Below are positions 43,481 to 56,560 of a stretch of DNA of 64,000 nucleotides, piece after piece (the first letter of the stretch is position 1; every line of letters begins with the position of its first letter). The stretch spans positions 15,934,001-15,998,000 of the forward strand of contig OX597823.1 in the NCBI GenBank assembly GCA_951406725.2. Direction: 5' to 3'. Below the pieces are notes generated by a model that saw only the letters and a program-made list of their open reading frames with translations, did no database searches and was not told the origin of the DNA. A program made the position numbers and the translations under genes. Origin of the DNA: Octopus vulgaris (taxonomy: Eukaryota).

Positions 43481-43829
43481 GACCCAATCAGAAAGACTCA
43501 CCCAGTCAGAAGTGATGTAAAGTATTTCTCAACTCAATAGTTTCTAGCCAATGGTCGTTAACCAAAATTGTTCAAGCAACAGATTCCAACCATAAGACAT
43601 CGTCAATAAGTCACAAAATTTAAATCTGCAGGGTAGATATTTTGAATTCATGGGTTTACGCTATTATCTACGTAAACAGATACACAACGGAGAAAATTTT
43701 TACAAATCGTTCAGCTTTGAAGCCACTTAAGCATAATAAAATGATGCGATGTCAAATGGTATTTGAAAAATCGTTGCAGATTTAGTTTTCCTGAAGCTTA
43801 CATTTTATTTTATTGTCATCATCTTTGTA

Positions 43830-44850
43830 TATATATTATCCGAAATGTATGGTATTAAATATCCATCACAGCTGATCTTACCAATCGGTTTCGCGTAAAG
43901 AATACAATGGAATGTTAAGTAACAATCCGATTATATAACTTTACGCACACAAGAGTTAGCCGATATGGAAGGGAATATGGCGACTGTACTCTATTGTCGG
44001 AGGTGAATTGGCACAACCGGTCAGCAGCTGCTGTGAAAAAAGGTTGTGAAATAAAATAGGGCCATGGGGATTAGGTTAAGTATGCTGTGGAGCCGGTAAG
44101 AGTTATCTTGAAGTGGGGGAAGGTGTGTAGTATTAATTTGGTGCTGCTGTGGGGGTTATATGTATAGTGGTGTCATATGCATAATTTTTTCTGTGGGTTA
44201 GGTATATATAGCTGTGTTCGTTGATCTGTTTTCTTTCTGTAAAGGATAAAGTCGTGGGAAGGTATGTTAGCGAGTGGTGTGTAATGTGTGTGGGAAGCGC
44301 TTGAGTAATTGTGGGGGTACAGTTTGTGTGCAGAGGATTATGTTGGGGAGGAAACAGTCTATTTTGTGGGGTGTCCGCCTTATAGGGGTGTGCGTGAATG
44401 TGCATGGGTGCATTGGTGCGCGCCTTGATCAAACTCTTTTTGTCGGACCCGCGGGGATTGGTGGAAGGTCGTTGAAGGAGGGTCGAGGCAGGGAACTTGT
44501 GGTTGCAGTCATGGCGGGGTGTGCAGGTACGATAGGATGTACTTCCTTTCATGCAGGCAAGGATTAAACACCTCACTCCTGCTATTCAGGTTGACATCTG
44601 GGCGTTGAGTACCTTTTAAAATTGCTCTCTTCTCAGCCAGACATAATCTGCAGTTCCTGCTACTATTGAAGTACGGTTTGCATTTTCTAGGAGCTTCCAC
44701 TTCATGCTTTACTTCGTGGCGCTTTCTTTCAAAGCCCAGACGTGCTTGGCTAGAGTTGTAGCATTACGATTCTCTGGGATGTTGAAAGAGGACTTGTGGT
44801 TATTAAAGCGGAGGGGCCTTCCGTTGCACCCACATACTTCCGCACGTATG
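43830..44850 (-). mobile_element. PLE 3' fragment (GIY-YIG C-terminus plus pLTR with decayed long-stem-II hammerhead)
   Basis: KYVGATEG..RFNNHKSSF...TTLAKHVWALK...W...PY...CRLCLAEK...LNSRSE...CLH. At 43875-43957: GCGTAAAG...CTTTACGC GAAA CCGATTGG TA AGA. Confidence 0.75.
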
Positions 44851-47011
44851 CATTATGTGGACGATATTTTCAACCGAGACGTTACAACCGTATCTGATTC
44901 TTCAAGTGCTTCAATTCTGTGTATGTACATATACTTTCTAGATTGCTGACATGTACCAATGGTTTCTCCATTGTGGTGATGCGTCATTTTCTATCATTAA
45001 TAAAAAAAAATATTGGCATTTTTGATGACACGGGTATGCTAGTATAATATATTAATCAGTAAAGCCATTTCGAAAAAAAAATTCTGGTGTTGACATCAAA
45101 CGACCTTTTGTTGGTGTTGTTGCTGATTATCTCCTCCCTTCGTCATACTCATTCGAGCCGACCTATATTAACCAAAACTGTTCCTATCATGAAAATTTCG
45201 CTATGAAGTGATTAGTAAACCTAGACTATATCATGAAATGTTCTATTTTTAGCGATACGAAATCGTTGAGGCATATTTAGATGTCATTCTAGCAGGTCAA
45301 ACGAGCGTACAGAGATTTATCTACTGTGTCTTCAAATATTCAGTTTGTTCGGTGTAGTGGATTAAAAATCTATCATGACCGCCTCAAACAAGTGTCAAGG
45401 AAGCTTTACATTATCATAAAATATATTCTAGAAACCAGTTTAACAACTTTCTGCTTGAATTATTAACAAGTTCTAAAACAGCAAATTTAGAAGTTTATTT
45501 TATTTTCATTAAAATTATTCAAGAGAAAAAGTTTGTTTGACACTCTCACAATCTATATTTATATGGCTTTTATTTAGATAGGTAAGTCGTTCGTAAAATA
45601 TGGGTATGGTGGGAATTCCCGCCAGTTAAGTTTCTGGGTGTGGAATAAATGAACAATGTGATTAGATGAGTAAGTAGTTAGAACAAGTATGGAACTAGTT
45701 CAGTAGAGAACAATTCGTTCCTGTGGCCAAAAGAATAAAAACAGTATGAAGTGCAGCAACGTTATTTTGACTTAAGTTGCTTTCCTTGAATAAATGAAGA
45801 CTAGTGGCCAAGTTTAGAAGCTTTCGGACAACCGATTCAAGTTTTGGATAATCAAACCCCTTCGCCATTACTGTGTTGTATCAATAAACAATAACACTAA
45901 ACAGGCCACTTCTTTAGACTGCAAACAAATGCCACATGGGTTGTATTGTTCATTGTTGTTTCATTATCTTGTAGTGCTGAGTTCAACTCCTCCGTGTGTA
46001 TTACCAAAAGCGATGTTATGAGATTTGTTGGCCTATTTATATATATATTAATGCACTAGTATGTTTGACCATGAACCTGACAATTTCAGATATGTGGCTC
46101 AACGATTTTGCAATTTAGATAAGTTTAAGACATTTTCTTCGTATATTGGTTTAACTTCCGCTATCCAAAGTTACCATTCTATTTATTGGAGATTTACAAT
46201 TTTCCTTCACAATGAAATTCTGTTCCTATGATATAACTTCTCCCGGTTATAACTCAAAAGCTTCCATATGCTCTAAGAAAAGACATAAATGTTACATCGT
46301 CCTATCCTATGTTCCTGCATCGGGCAAAAAAGACAAAACTTTTGTATTTAGTTAAAAACTAAATCAATAAAATCCCAACGTTGTTCATGATAAAACTGAG
46401 TTATAATACAAACGTAAGTGCTTTGGGTCTAAACGAAGTAAAAAAACAATAATTTTTTAGATTTCAGTGAGAATAGGAGTGGCAGTGCCCGTAAACGTTT
46501 TGCAAGGCTTTCGACTCGAGGCTATCATCAGATCAAAGACTGGGTCCGAATGTTGGCAACAGAGTGGACTCTGCTACAGGCAGTCAGGTGCTAGTTGGTG
46601 ACTGTGGGGTTAAACGAGGCGACTTTATTAAGTCTGCTTGTCATAAACAGATACAGTAATTCCGACAAATTTCTTCGGTTCTGTTTTTCCAATCTCACTG
46701 ACAGGGCATGGGTCAAACCGAAGTTATGTATCTTGTAGGCACTCGCTCGATTTGCTGCGTAGAGAGAAATAGATTCCGGACCCACACGATAACAAAGTTC
46801 TTAAACACAGGCCATGTCTGTGTCTATTTCTTTTGATTGAACATTATGTGTTATTGCCTTAAAAGTGGTAACTAAAGCAATTTCTAGTTCCACTGGCGTT
46901 AAGCAGATAGTAGAAATACAGTCCACCGAATAGATTTTCAATTTGTCAAAAGACAGCATTTCCAGTCAGTGGATTGAGACCGGAACGCAAGCTAAGAAGC
47001 TCACAAGTATC

Positions 47012-47285
47012 CTGAGATAATGAAACCAGTACTACAAGGTAACAAACCTAGCATTGCATAGTAACAAGCTGCGAGACAATGAACCCAGTAATGTAGGTTA
47101 ACCAACCCACTGTTGCAAAATAACGACCTCCAGTATTGCAAGGTAACAAACCTAGCATTGTTAGGCAATGAGTCCAGCATTGCAAGATAACGAAACCAGT
47201 ACAAAAACTGCTTCTGAAAAATGACAGATTATAACTGAAAATCCAAACTCAGTACAGTCAGATAACGAAACCGACACTGCAAGTA
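47012..47285. repeat. Degenerate 21-bp minisatellite
   Basis: Units resembling AACCCAGTATTGCAAGGTAAC recur at about 21-bp spacing. Confidence 0.6.
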
Positions 47286-47342
47286 TTGACAAATAGGACA
47301 GTGTAACCGCCACTCAGTGTGTTAATATCACTGCATGGACTA

Positions 47343-47925
47343 AGGCGGCGAGCTGGCAGAAACGTTAGCACGCCGGGTGAAATGCGTAGCCGTATTTCGT
47401 CTGCCGTTACGTTCTGAGTTCAAATTCCGCCGAGGTCAACTTTATCTTTCATCCTTTCGGGGTCGATTAAATAAGTACAAGTTACGCACTGGGGTCGATA
47501 TAATCGACTTTATCCGTTTGTCTGTCGTTGTTTGTGCTCTCTGTGTTTAGCCCCTTGTGGGTAGTAAAGAAATAGGTATTTCGTCTGCCGTTACGTTCTG
47601 AGTTCAAATTCCGCCGAGGTCGACTTTGCCTTTCAACCTTTCGGGGTCGATAAATTAAGTACCAGTTATGCACTGGGGTCGATATAATCGACTAAATCCG
47701 TTTGTCTGTCGTTGTTTGTCCTCTCTGTGTTTAGCCACTGTGGGTAATAAAGAAATAGGTATTTCGTCTGTCTTTACGATCTGAGTTCAAATTTCGCCGA
47801 GATCGACTTTGTCTTTCATCCTTTCGGGGTCGATAAATTAAGTGCCGGTTGCGTACTGAGGTCGATCTAATCGACTGGCCCCCTCCCCCAAAATTTCGGG
47901 CCTTGTGCCTAGAGTAGAAAAGAAT
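47343..47925 (+). mobile_element. SINE family B with internal tandem triplication (about 180-bp unit)
   Basis: One head followed by three GTATTTCGTCTG...GGGGTCGATAAA...AATCGAC units; similar array at 32392-32920 (-). Confidence 0.85.
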
Positions 47926-47991
47926 ATCACTGCATGGACTGTGCCTGTAAATGACAAACAACAGTAATAAGGATAACAAAAGCAGACTTAC

Positions 47992-48120
47992 CTAAATTAC
48001 ATTCCGCCGTACGACACTCTTTACTGCCAAGCAGAAGCACGCTACTTTGACCGACTAAAGTTTTCATCAACTTCGCCATTTTTTTCTGAAATGGTTCCAT
48101 CTTCAAAAGGATGTCGGGAT
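47992..48120 (-). CDS. NT5E: 5'-nucleotidase exon (hinge / start of C-terminal domain)
   Basis: Acceptor tcttcttcag, donor gtaagt; 129 bp. Encodes PDILLKMEPFQKKMAKLMKTLVGQSSVLLLGSKECRTAECNL (CRxxECN motif). Confidence 0.92.
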
Positions 48121-48218
48121 CTGAAGAAGAAATACGTACAAATATATTGAAGTTTAATCATTTTTATTAAAGATTTGTCATATTGTCTTATTAGTCCTTT
48201 ATGTTTGGTTTGGGACAA

Positions 48219-48614
48219 TCTTTATATATAAAAGTAAGGTTGTGTGTCTGTCTCCTACGATTTAGATTCTTAACTACTCCCACATTTTGCGGTGCAGTTT
48301 AACCAAAACCGGGTATCTTATAGTCGTGATTCATATCGAGCCCTTCTGGGTATTAGCGCGCGTCTACGATGAGTCTACGATTTAAAAAAAAAATTTACCA
48401 TCATTTTTTTCCCATTTTAATGCATTTTTTGCTATTATATAAGGGAAGTAACTCTCTAAAAATGTCTACGATGAGTCAACGATTTAAAAAAAATTTACCA
48501 TAATTTTTTTCCATTTTAATGCATTTTTTTGCTAATTTTTGGCTATAACTCTCTAAAAATGCTTATATAGTTATTTCCCTTACAAACCCGAGCAACGCCG
48601 GGCGATAGTGCTAG
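48219..48614 (+). mobile_element. Non-autonomous Helitron
   Basis: TC...hairpin-CTAG between A and T; same family as 2190-2585. Confidence 0.85.
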
Positions 48615-48668
48615 TAACTTATATAAATTCATTAGTTTGACGTTTCGACACTTCCCCAATTTCTCTCC

Positions 48669-48706
<38 letters not shown>

Positions 48707-49306
48707 CCCTTTCTTTCTTTCTCTCCTGCTCTCTGTACCGTTCTTATTCTCTTTTCTTGCCGTTTTATTTACGTTAGTTCCAGTTTACTTTCACTGTTGT
48801 TTTTCTGCTTTTCTTTTTAATTTGACCCCAAATTGAGCCGGGATCCGTGTCATTCCATTCCATCGGAACTAAATATTCCTTGTTTTATAGCATCAAAACA
48901 CATGAAAAATATAACATGCAGTACATTACACGACCAAAAATATAAGAGATTCATATTTTTTTTTTGAAATAAAGTACTAATTTTTATTTTTTTTAAATAA
49001 AGTACTAATCAGGAAATATGAAAAATCTTTAATGAAAATGTAAAATTTCAACTTAGTTTTTTGTGTCTTAAAATAAGACGTTTCAAAGAGAAGCTAGCGC
49101 GTTGTACCTTATACATACATACATACATACATACATACATACATACATACATACATACATACATACATACATACATACATACATACATACATACGTACGT
49201 ACGTACATATATACTTACATAAATACATATATGTATGTATATAAATTTATATATACATAAATTTTATGCGTATACGCGTATATTTATGTATGTATAAGTG
49301 TGTGTG

Positions 49307-49402
<96 letters not shown>

Positions 49403-49506
49403 ATCCAAACAAGAAAACACAAAGAAACAAAAAAAAACACAGCAACGCGAGGACGTGGAACAAATAAAGTATTATTGGACGCTCAGGAAAGAAGGGAAGA
49501 AGGAGG

Positions 49507-49541
49507 GTTTAACGTTTCGAGCGGAGCTCTTCGTCGGAAAC
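49507..49541 (-). ncRNA. Minimal hammerhead motif (U4C) in a PLE pLTR fragment (49398-49605)
   Basis: GTTT CCGACGA A GAGC TCC GCTC GAAA CG TT AAAC; same motif at 54495-54529 (+). Confidence 0.55.
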
Positions 49542-49615
49542 ATAGGAGAAGGAAAGATCCCGAGAAGGGAAGACAGAGGGAAAAAAATCGGCAGCGGTAC
49601 TCACATATATATATA

Positions 49616-50011
49616 CTAGCAGTATCGCCCGGCGTTGCTCGGGTTTGTAAGGGAAATAATTATATAAGCATTTTTAGAGATGTAAAGTATAATAGCCATC
49701 TCAATATGGCTAACCACAAAGGGGGAGGGGTGTTACTGTAGCTTTTTACGTTCTGAGATTTAATAATAAATTTTAGAGAGTTACTTCCCTTATATATGTC
49801 AAAAATGGATTAAAAATGGGAAAAATTGATGGTAAATTTTTTTTTTAAATCGTAGACTCATCGTAGACGCGCGCTAATACCCAGACGGGCTCGATATGAA
49901 TCACGACTATAAGATACCCGGTTTTGGTTAAACTGCACCGCAAAATGTGGGAGTAGTTAGGAATCTAAATCGTAGGAGACAGACACACAACCTCACTTTT
50001 ATATATAAAGA
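49616..50011 (-). mobile_element. Non-autonomous Helitron, inverted relative to the 48219 copy
   Basis: CTAG end at 49616, TC end at 50011. Confidence 0.85.
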
Positions 50012-50107
50012 TTTCCTCTATTTACATAATATTGAGGTCTCTTTCTTTCTTTTGTTATCTTACTGTTTTTACCAATATATATATATATATATATAAATAT
50101 ATATATA

Positions 50108-50430
50108 GTTACAGAGATGTACTTGCATAGCAAGTGACTTGATCTGAGATCGTGTGCTGGAACGAAAACAGTTGCAGCGTTGAAGGTGTTTATAAGCCAT
50201 TTAAGAAACACACAAAAACCGTTAGATTCACTTCAACATTTAAATTTAATTTGTGAAAATATTTTCGTCGCTTTGAGACCGCGACCTGTTAGCACGATAT
50301 TTTTGTCAGTGAACAGGTCGCGGTCTGAAAGCGACGAAAATATTTTGGCAAATTAAATTTAAATGTTGAAGTGAATGTAACGGTTTTTGTGTGTTTCTTA
50401 AATGGCTTACAAACACCTTCCACGCTGCAA
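50108..50430 (-). mobile_element. Second fold-back copy of the 1062-1408 family (G3:C8 hammerhead at 50302-50352, +)
   Basis: Same tail and arms, different turn point, (TA)n flanks. Confidence 0.8.
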
Positions 50431-50796
50431 TATATATATACACACATATATATATATGTATGTATGTATGTATGTGTGTATATGTGTATGCATGTATGTG
50501 TGTGTGTGTGCGTGTCTGTGCTTGTGATTGTCCTCCACCACTGCTTGACAACGAATGTTGGTTTGTTTACATCCCTGTCACCTAGTGATTTGACAAAGGA
50601 AACAGATAGAATAAGTACAATGCTTACAAAAATAAAACTGGAGTTGATTCATTAAACTACAATTCTTCAAGGAATTGCCCCAGCATGGCCACAGACCAAT
50701 GGCTGGAAAAAGCAGAAGAATAAAAGAATACATTCTCTGCTTTGGTCATATGTTGAAGGCATGAGAAAGCTTGAGTTTACATGAGAAGGCCTAACA

Positions 50797-51275
50797 GACC
50801 TGGTAGAAACAGCAGCCAAATCTCCCTCAAATCACACCTTACAGTCTTATGTATGTATATATATATGAGCCAATGAGGGGGACTTCTACATGGTAGCTAG
50901 ACCTGGTAGAAATAGCAGCCAAATTTCCCCCAAATCACACCTTACTGTCTTATCTATGTATATATGTATGTATGAGCCTATGAGGGAGACCCCTACATGG
51001 CAGCTAGACCTGGTAGAAATAGCAGCCAAATTTCCCCCAAATCACACCTTACTGTCTTATCTATGTATATATGTATGTATGAGCCTATGAGGGAGACCCC
51101 TACATGGCAGCTAGACCTGGTAGAAATAGCAGCCAAATTTCCCCCAAATCACACCTTACTGTCTTATCTATGTATATATGTATGTATGAGCCTATGAGGG
51201 AGACCCCTACATGGCAGCTAGACATGGTAGAAATAGCAGCCAAATCTCCCTCAAATCACACCTTACTGTCTTATC
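50797..51275. repeat. 107-bp tandem repeat, about 4.5 copies
   Basis: AGACCTGGTAGAAATAGCAGCCAAAT recurs near 50899, 51006, 51113 and 51220; also visible as identical repeated ORFs. Confidence 0.95.
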
Positions 51276-51341
51276 TTTCTGCTACTTGGATATAGGTGTT
51301 ATATTCGTCGTAAAAAAAACTTTCCTGTCACACACTCACGC

Positions 51342-51389
<48 letters not shown>

Positions 51390-51862
51390 GCGCACACCCA
51401 CACACACCCACTCACACACACGCACGTTAGCTTACAATTTTATTTATATATTTGCGTGTCTGTGTGGAAAGAGGAAGTGGGAGGCAGAGTGAAAGAATCA
51501 CTCACTACAGTAAGTCAATTACTTTCATTTTATTCGTTGCCCACTGTGTGTGTGCGTTTGCGTGTGCTGTAAACCAGACTAAGAAAAGCATTTGACACAC
51601 ACACCAGAATGTGAGTTTTCTGTAAATTTTGCTTAACTGGAGTTTAAATTTTAAAAACTGGACCTGGTATGACGCGATGCATTGTACTCTTAAAAATGCA
51701 AGGTAAATTGTAATTGAAGAAATCCTATATTGTAGATTTGTATAACTCCCAAAGGGAGGCAGATAAAATCTGCCTTTTATAATAAGAGATATATAGTTCA
51801 AATTTAGCTGTAGGAACAACAAGCAAGTGTATTAACTTGACGCTCGGGAAAAATAGATACGT

Positions 51863-51898
51863 CTTTTACGTTTCGAGCCTACGCTCTTCGGCAGAAAG
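51863..51898 (-). ncRNA. Minimal hammerhead motif (A6C, possibly decayed)
   Basis: CTTT CTGCCGA A GAGC GTAG GCTC GAAA CG TA AAAG. Confidence 0.5.
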
Positions 51899-51997
51899 GA
51901 ATAAGAGGAAATAAAGAGTGTGGAAATAACGTGTTGAGTTCATTGGTCCAAAATATATTTATACATATACATATATATATATATGTGTGTGTGTGTG

Positions 51998-52136
<139 letters not shown>

Positions 52137-52512
52137 TCTTATCTGTTGTATTATCACCTAGCGTTGCAGTAACTTCTGCCTCGTATATGACAGATTTAAT
52201 TATACATCGTTAGTAAAGTGGACAGGATCCTAGGTCTCGACAGTTACAAGTGAATTTAAGCTCCTGGTATTGAACTCGGTTAATGATACTCTTCATATAG
52301 GGGTAGCTAAATAAAACAATGGTATTTATCTTAGGTATTTAAAGGGGCCATCACGCATACCAATATAGAACTTCGCATATGATAAACCCTGGATGATAGA
52401 GTGACCAGTCGGTTGATAGAATAAAGTTTGTGTTTTACATTTGCAATTAAGGAAACATGTGTCTCTCCCTCTCTCTATGTATGTAAGTATGAATGTATTT
52501 ATGTGTACATGA

Positions 52513-52551
<39 letters not shown>

Positions 52552-52555
<4 letters not shown>

Positions 52556-52733
52556 CGTAGGAGTGGGTGTGTAGTAAATAGCTTGCTTACGAACCACATG
52601 GTTCCGGGTTCAGACCCACTGCGTGACATCTTGGGCAATTGTATTCTACTATAGCCTCGGACCGACCAAAACCTTGTGAGTGGATTTGATAGACGGAAAC
52701 TGAAAGAAGCCCGTCGTATATATGTATATATAC

Positions 52734-52770
<37 letters not shown>

Positions 52771-52985
52771 CGTGCGTGTGTGTTTGTGTGTCTGTGTTTG
52801 ACCCCCAAACATCGCTTGACAACCGATGCTGGTGTGTTCACGTCCTCGTAACTTAGCGGTTCGGCAAAAGAGACCCATAGAATAAGTACTAGGCTTACAG
52901 AGAATAAGTCCTGGTGGCGATTTGCTCGACTATGGGCGGTGCTCCAGCATGGCCACAGTCAACTGACTGAAACAAGTAAAAGAGT
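52552..52985 (+). mobile_element. tRNA-derived SINE family C with internal (TA)/(TG) tract
   Basis: GGCGTAGGAGTGG head, GGTTCAGACCC B box, 3' end GGCGGTGCTCCAGCATGGCC...GAAACAAGTAAAAGAG. Confidence 0.85.
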
Positions 52986-53018
52986 ATATATATATGTGTG
53001 TGTGTGTGTGTGTATATA

Positions 53019-53060
<42 letters not shown>

Positions 53061-53157
53061 TATATATACACACACACACACACATATATATATAGAGAGA
53101 GAGAGTGAGTGAGAGAGTGAGAGAGAGAGAAATAGATAGATAGACAGACGGACAGAC

Positions 53158-53238
<81 letters not shown>

Positions 53239-54102
53239 GATAGATAGATAGATAAAATCAAAATAAGCAACAGGATATCAAGTAGTAATGCAGTGCGACA
53301 ATGCAATCATTACATCGATTTAAATACAGTGCTATCTGCAGCTGCACAAATAGATAAATGGAATTTTAACAAGTAGGACACATTAATATAAGTTTTCTCG
53401 TTGTCGTTATTGCAGCAAAGAATAGATTACAACTTCTAAGAATTGCATGGAGCATAGTGGGGTCATAGGGTTGTAAGGGTTGTAATTCATTTCTAATTCA
53501 TTTATCTCTTTGTCAACTACTAAATCTAAGACTAGAAGACCGTGTCTATTTTGAATAAAGGACAAGAGTGAGTTGACAGCTCAAGGCTAGCTATAGTCAT
53601 AAATATTAATATATGTAACCCTTTTCCCCAAGAAGGAAATAAGACATTAGGAGTAGTCAGTTGGATATAAGTAACTGTCTATAAAAGAGGCAGGATGGGA
53701 GTAGACTTTAAATCATGATGGTAATTACCAATTAAAGGGGTAAGGCGCTAAGAAAAACCTAAGATGTTAATACGGAGGAATTTTTATTTAGGGGCACTAT
53801 TGGGGAAATGTTTATAAACAATATTACTATGTTGTAATTAAGATAAAATTTAAGAATTTCAAAAATGATATCATGACTAAAATAGGCAAAAAGGTGTGTA
53901 TATATATATATATCAATTATAAACGTTAAAAAGAAAGATTACATAGAATCAGTTTAATATCCATTAATGTACTTAATTATTTATTTGGTGGTTTCTATAA
54001 AGACTGCTCAAGGCATTTCCATATGGAATAACTGGAAAGATATACATGCTATCTATTAACTTTAAGCCATGAATCAGAAAAGTGTAAAAATGCATACAGA
54101 TG

Positions 54103-54135
<33 letters not shown>

Positions 54136-54338
54136 GTGCGTATATGCATATATACACATACACAAATATTTATACGTTTATATGGATGTAGTATAAATAT
54201 CTCGCATAAACTTAAGTAACTGAAAAATATCGATTTAAAAACAAAAAAATAGCAATTTATAAAGGATAATACTTGACTGACTTTGTGCTTCAACTTGAGT
54301 ACCCGATTCAACTGAATCTCAATTATTTCTTATATATA

Positions 54339-54409
<71 letters not shown>

Positions 54410-54413
<4 letters not shown>

Positions 54414-54620
54414 TACTTCGTAAAAACTAGTCGCGTTTTTTTCCCTCCGCTCGCCCACATCGGGATCTTTCTTTCTTCTTCTTCCTTCTCTTATGTTTCC
54501 GACGAAGAGCTCCGCTCGAAACGTCATACCCTCCTTCTTCCATTTTTCCTGAGCGCCTAATAATAATAATACTTTTTGTTCCACGTATTGTTGTTTTTTC
54601 TGTTTTCCCGTTTGGATTAA

Positions 54621-54622
<2 letters not shown>
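54410..54622 (+). mobile_element. PLE pLTR fragment in (TA)n with minimal hammerhead motif (54495-54529)
   Basis: Reverse-complement relative of 49398-49605. Confidence 0.65.
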
Positions 54623-54674
<52 letters not shown>

Positions 54675-54856
54675 CATATATATATACATACATATATATA
54701 TACATGTGTGTGTGTATAAAAGTGAAGGTGGGAAGGTATTAGTTGTGTAACAATAGTAGGGCTCCCCTAATTAAATCAGTACCTTAGTAATTATTTAGTT
54801 CGGAGCGATGTGAACGGTGCCTAATACATAATTGTATATAATGTAAGTTTAAATAT

Positions 54857-55076
54857 TACTCTTTTACTCTTTTACTTGTTTCAGTCATTTGACTGCGGCC
54901 ATGCTGGAGCACCGCCTTTAGTCGAGCAAATCGACCCCAGGACTTATTCTTTTGTAAGCCCAGTACTTATTCTATCGGTCACTTTTGCCGAACCGCTAAG
55001 TAACGGGGACATAAACACACCAGCATCGGTTGTCAAGCAATGCTAGGAGACAAACACAGACACACAAACATACACA

Positions 55077-55120
<44 letters not shown>

Positions 55121-55287
55121 TACGACGGGCTTCTTTCAGTTTCCGTCTACCAAATCCACTCACAAGGCTTTGGTCGGCCCGAGGCTATAGTAGAAGACAC
55201 TTGCCCAAGGTGACACGCAGTGGGACTGAACCCGGAACCATGTGGTTGGTAGACAGGCTACTTACCACACAGCCACTCCTGCGCCTA
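54857..55287 (-). mobile_element. SINE family C
   Basis: Reverse-complement match to 52552-52985. Confidence 0.88.
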
Positions 55288-56362
55288 TAAGATTCTTTGC
55301 CTTGACCCACCCCCCATATTTAAATTTTGCTATAAACATCTTCGCCTCTCGTGGTTAGATTTCGGTCACCTGTATCCATTCTCCATCCGTCCCCTTCAAA
55401 TTTAGATGTCACTACCATTATGCACTCTTACTTTCATTCCTCGCATGCAATATATGAGGTGCCTCTACTTTTTTTTCCCTTGTGTTTGCTTGAACGATTG
55501 CTTCTACAATAATCAGAAAGTATAAATTGTTATATGTAATCGCTAAGCAAACTGAAACTTGATATTTGTTTACTTTCGAAATCTTGTTTTCTTTCTGCAA
55601 GTTATGTGGATATTAATCATACGACAGTTCCCTATTCCACACGTCACAACGTGGTGAGTTGTAAGTTAAACGAAAAATGATATGCTACAGAAATACATTA
55701 ACACTCATAGGAATATAACATTTCCATTTAAATTCACATATTGCTGTCAATAATAACACTGAACATGTTATAAGGTGGCGAGTTGGCAGAGCTGTTAGAG
55801 TGTTGGATAGAATATTTCGCGATATTTGTTCTGACTCTCAACGCTCTGAGTTCAAATCCCACGAAGATCAACTAACTATATCTTTCGTCGTTTCGAGTCT
55901 GATCAAAATGTAGATCTATGACGGAAGATTACGAGAAGTTAGTTCGCCTTGCAGGATTCTTCTCATTAGCTGTTCCGGTTCTTTGAAGTGATACTAGTTC
56001 CGAACTTCATCGGTTCTGCATAGTGATGAATTTGATACGAGATGACCTGAATTCTTAGGCAACAGGCAGTCTAGCAAACTAGAAAACCTCACTCAAGTTT
56101 ACACTTGCAGTGGAGACATGATCAGTCCTGGTCGACGGGGACCCGATATCATAAAACTGATCACTAATGTAGAGAAAAATATTCTTTTTGTTTGTTTGTA
56201 TTTAACTTTTTAATTAACTGTGTATCAAATATTTCCCCTGATTATGTACAGAATAGGAGAACAATAGATGATTATTGAATGTATCTCAGTTTACCTACTC
56301 TTGTTTCCTTAGATGATTAGGGTGGAGTAAATTCTTAGATATGCACCATAAGAAAAACTTAC

Positions 56363-56560
56363 CTTGTTCTACGCTATTATTCAACAGTATTGGATTTCCA
56401 CTCCAAGATTTAACTCGACCTTGCGAATCAAATTCAACTTTTAAGCGTCCTAGATATTTTCCGTAAGCGAATTCTTGGACGACCAGGACTTTTTCACCGT
56501 CCTTCCGTGTAATTACTTCCGGGTAGCTCCCTTCAGGTTTCTCAATTGATGGTGGATCGC
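56363..56560 (-). CDS. NT5E: 5'-nucleotidase exon
   Basis: Acceptor ttgtttag, donor gtaagt; 198 bp. Encodes DPPSIEKPEGSYPEVITRKDGEKVLVVQEFAYGKYLGRLKVEFDSQGRVKSWSGNPILLNNSVEQ, matching the CD73 GKYLG and GNPILL motifs. Not in the ORF track. Confidence 0.93.

Noticed and set aside
46505-46535. CTGATGA...GAAA on the minus strand (similar remnants near 14060, 52240 and 56810)
   Set aside because: Stems I and III do not pair; at best these are decayed hammerheads.
50890-51295. Repeated identical 66-aa ORFs; superficially array- or CRISPR-like
   Set aside because: Plain 107-bp tandem repeat with no unique spacers and no cas genes; the unit length is not a multiple of three.
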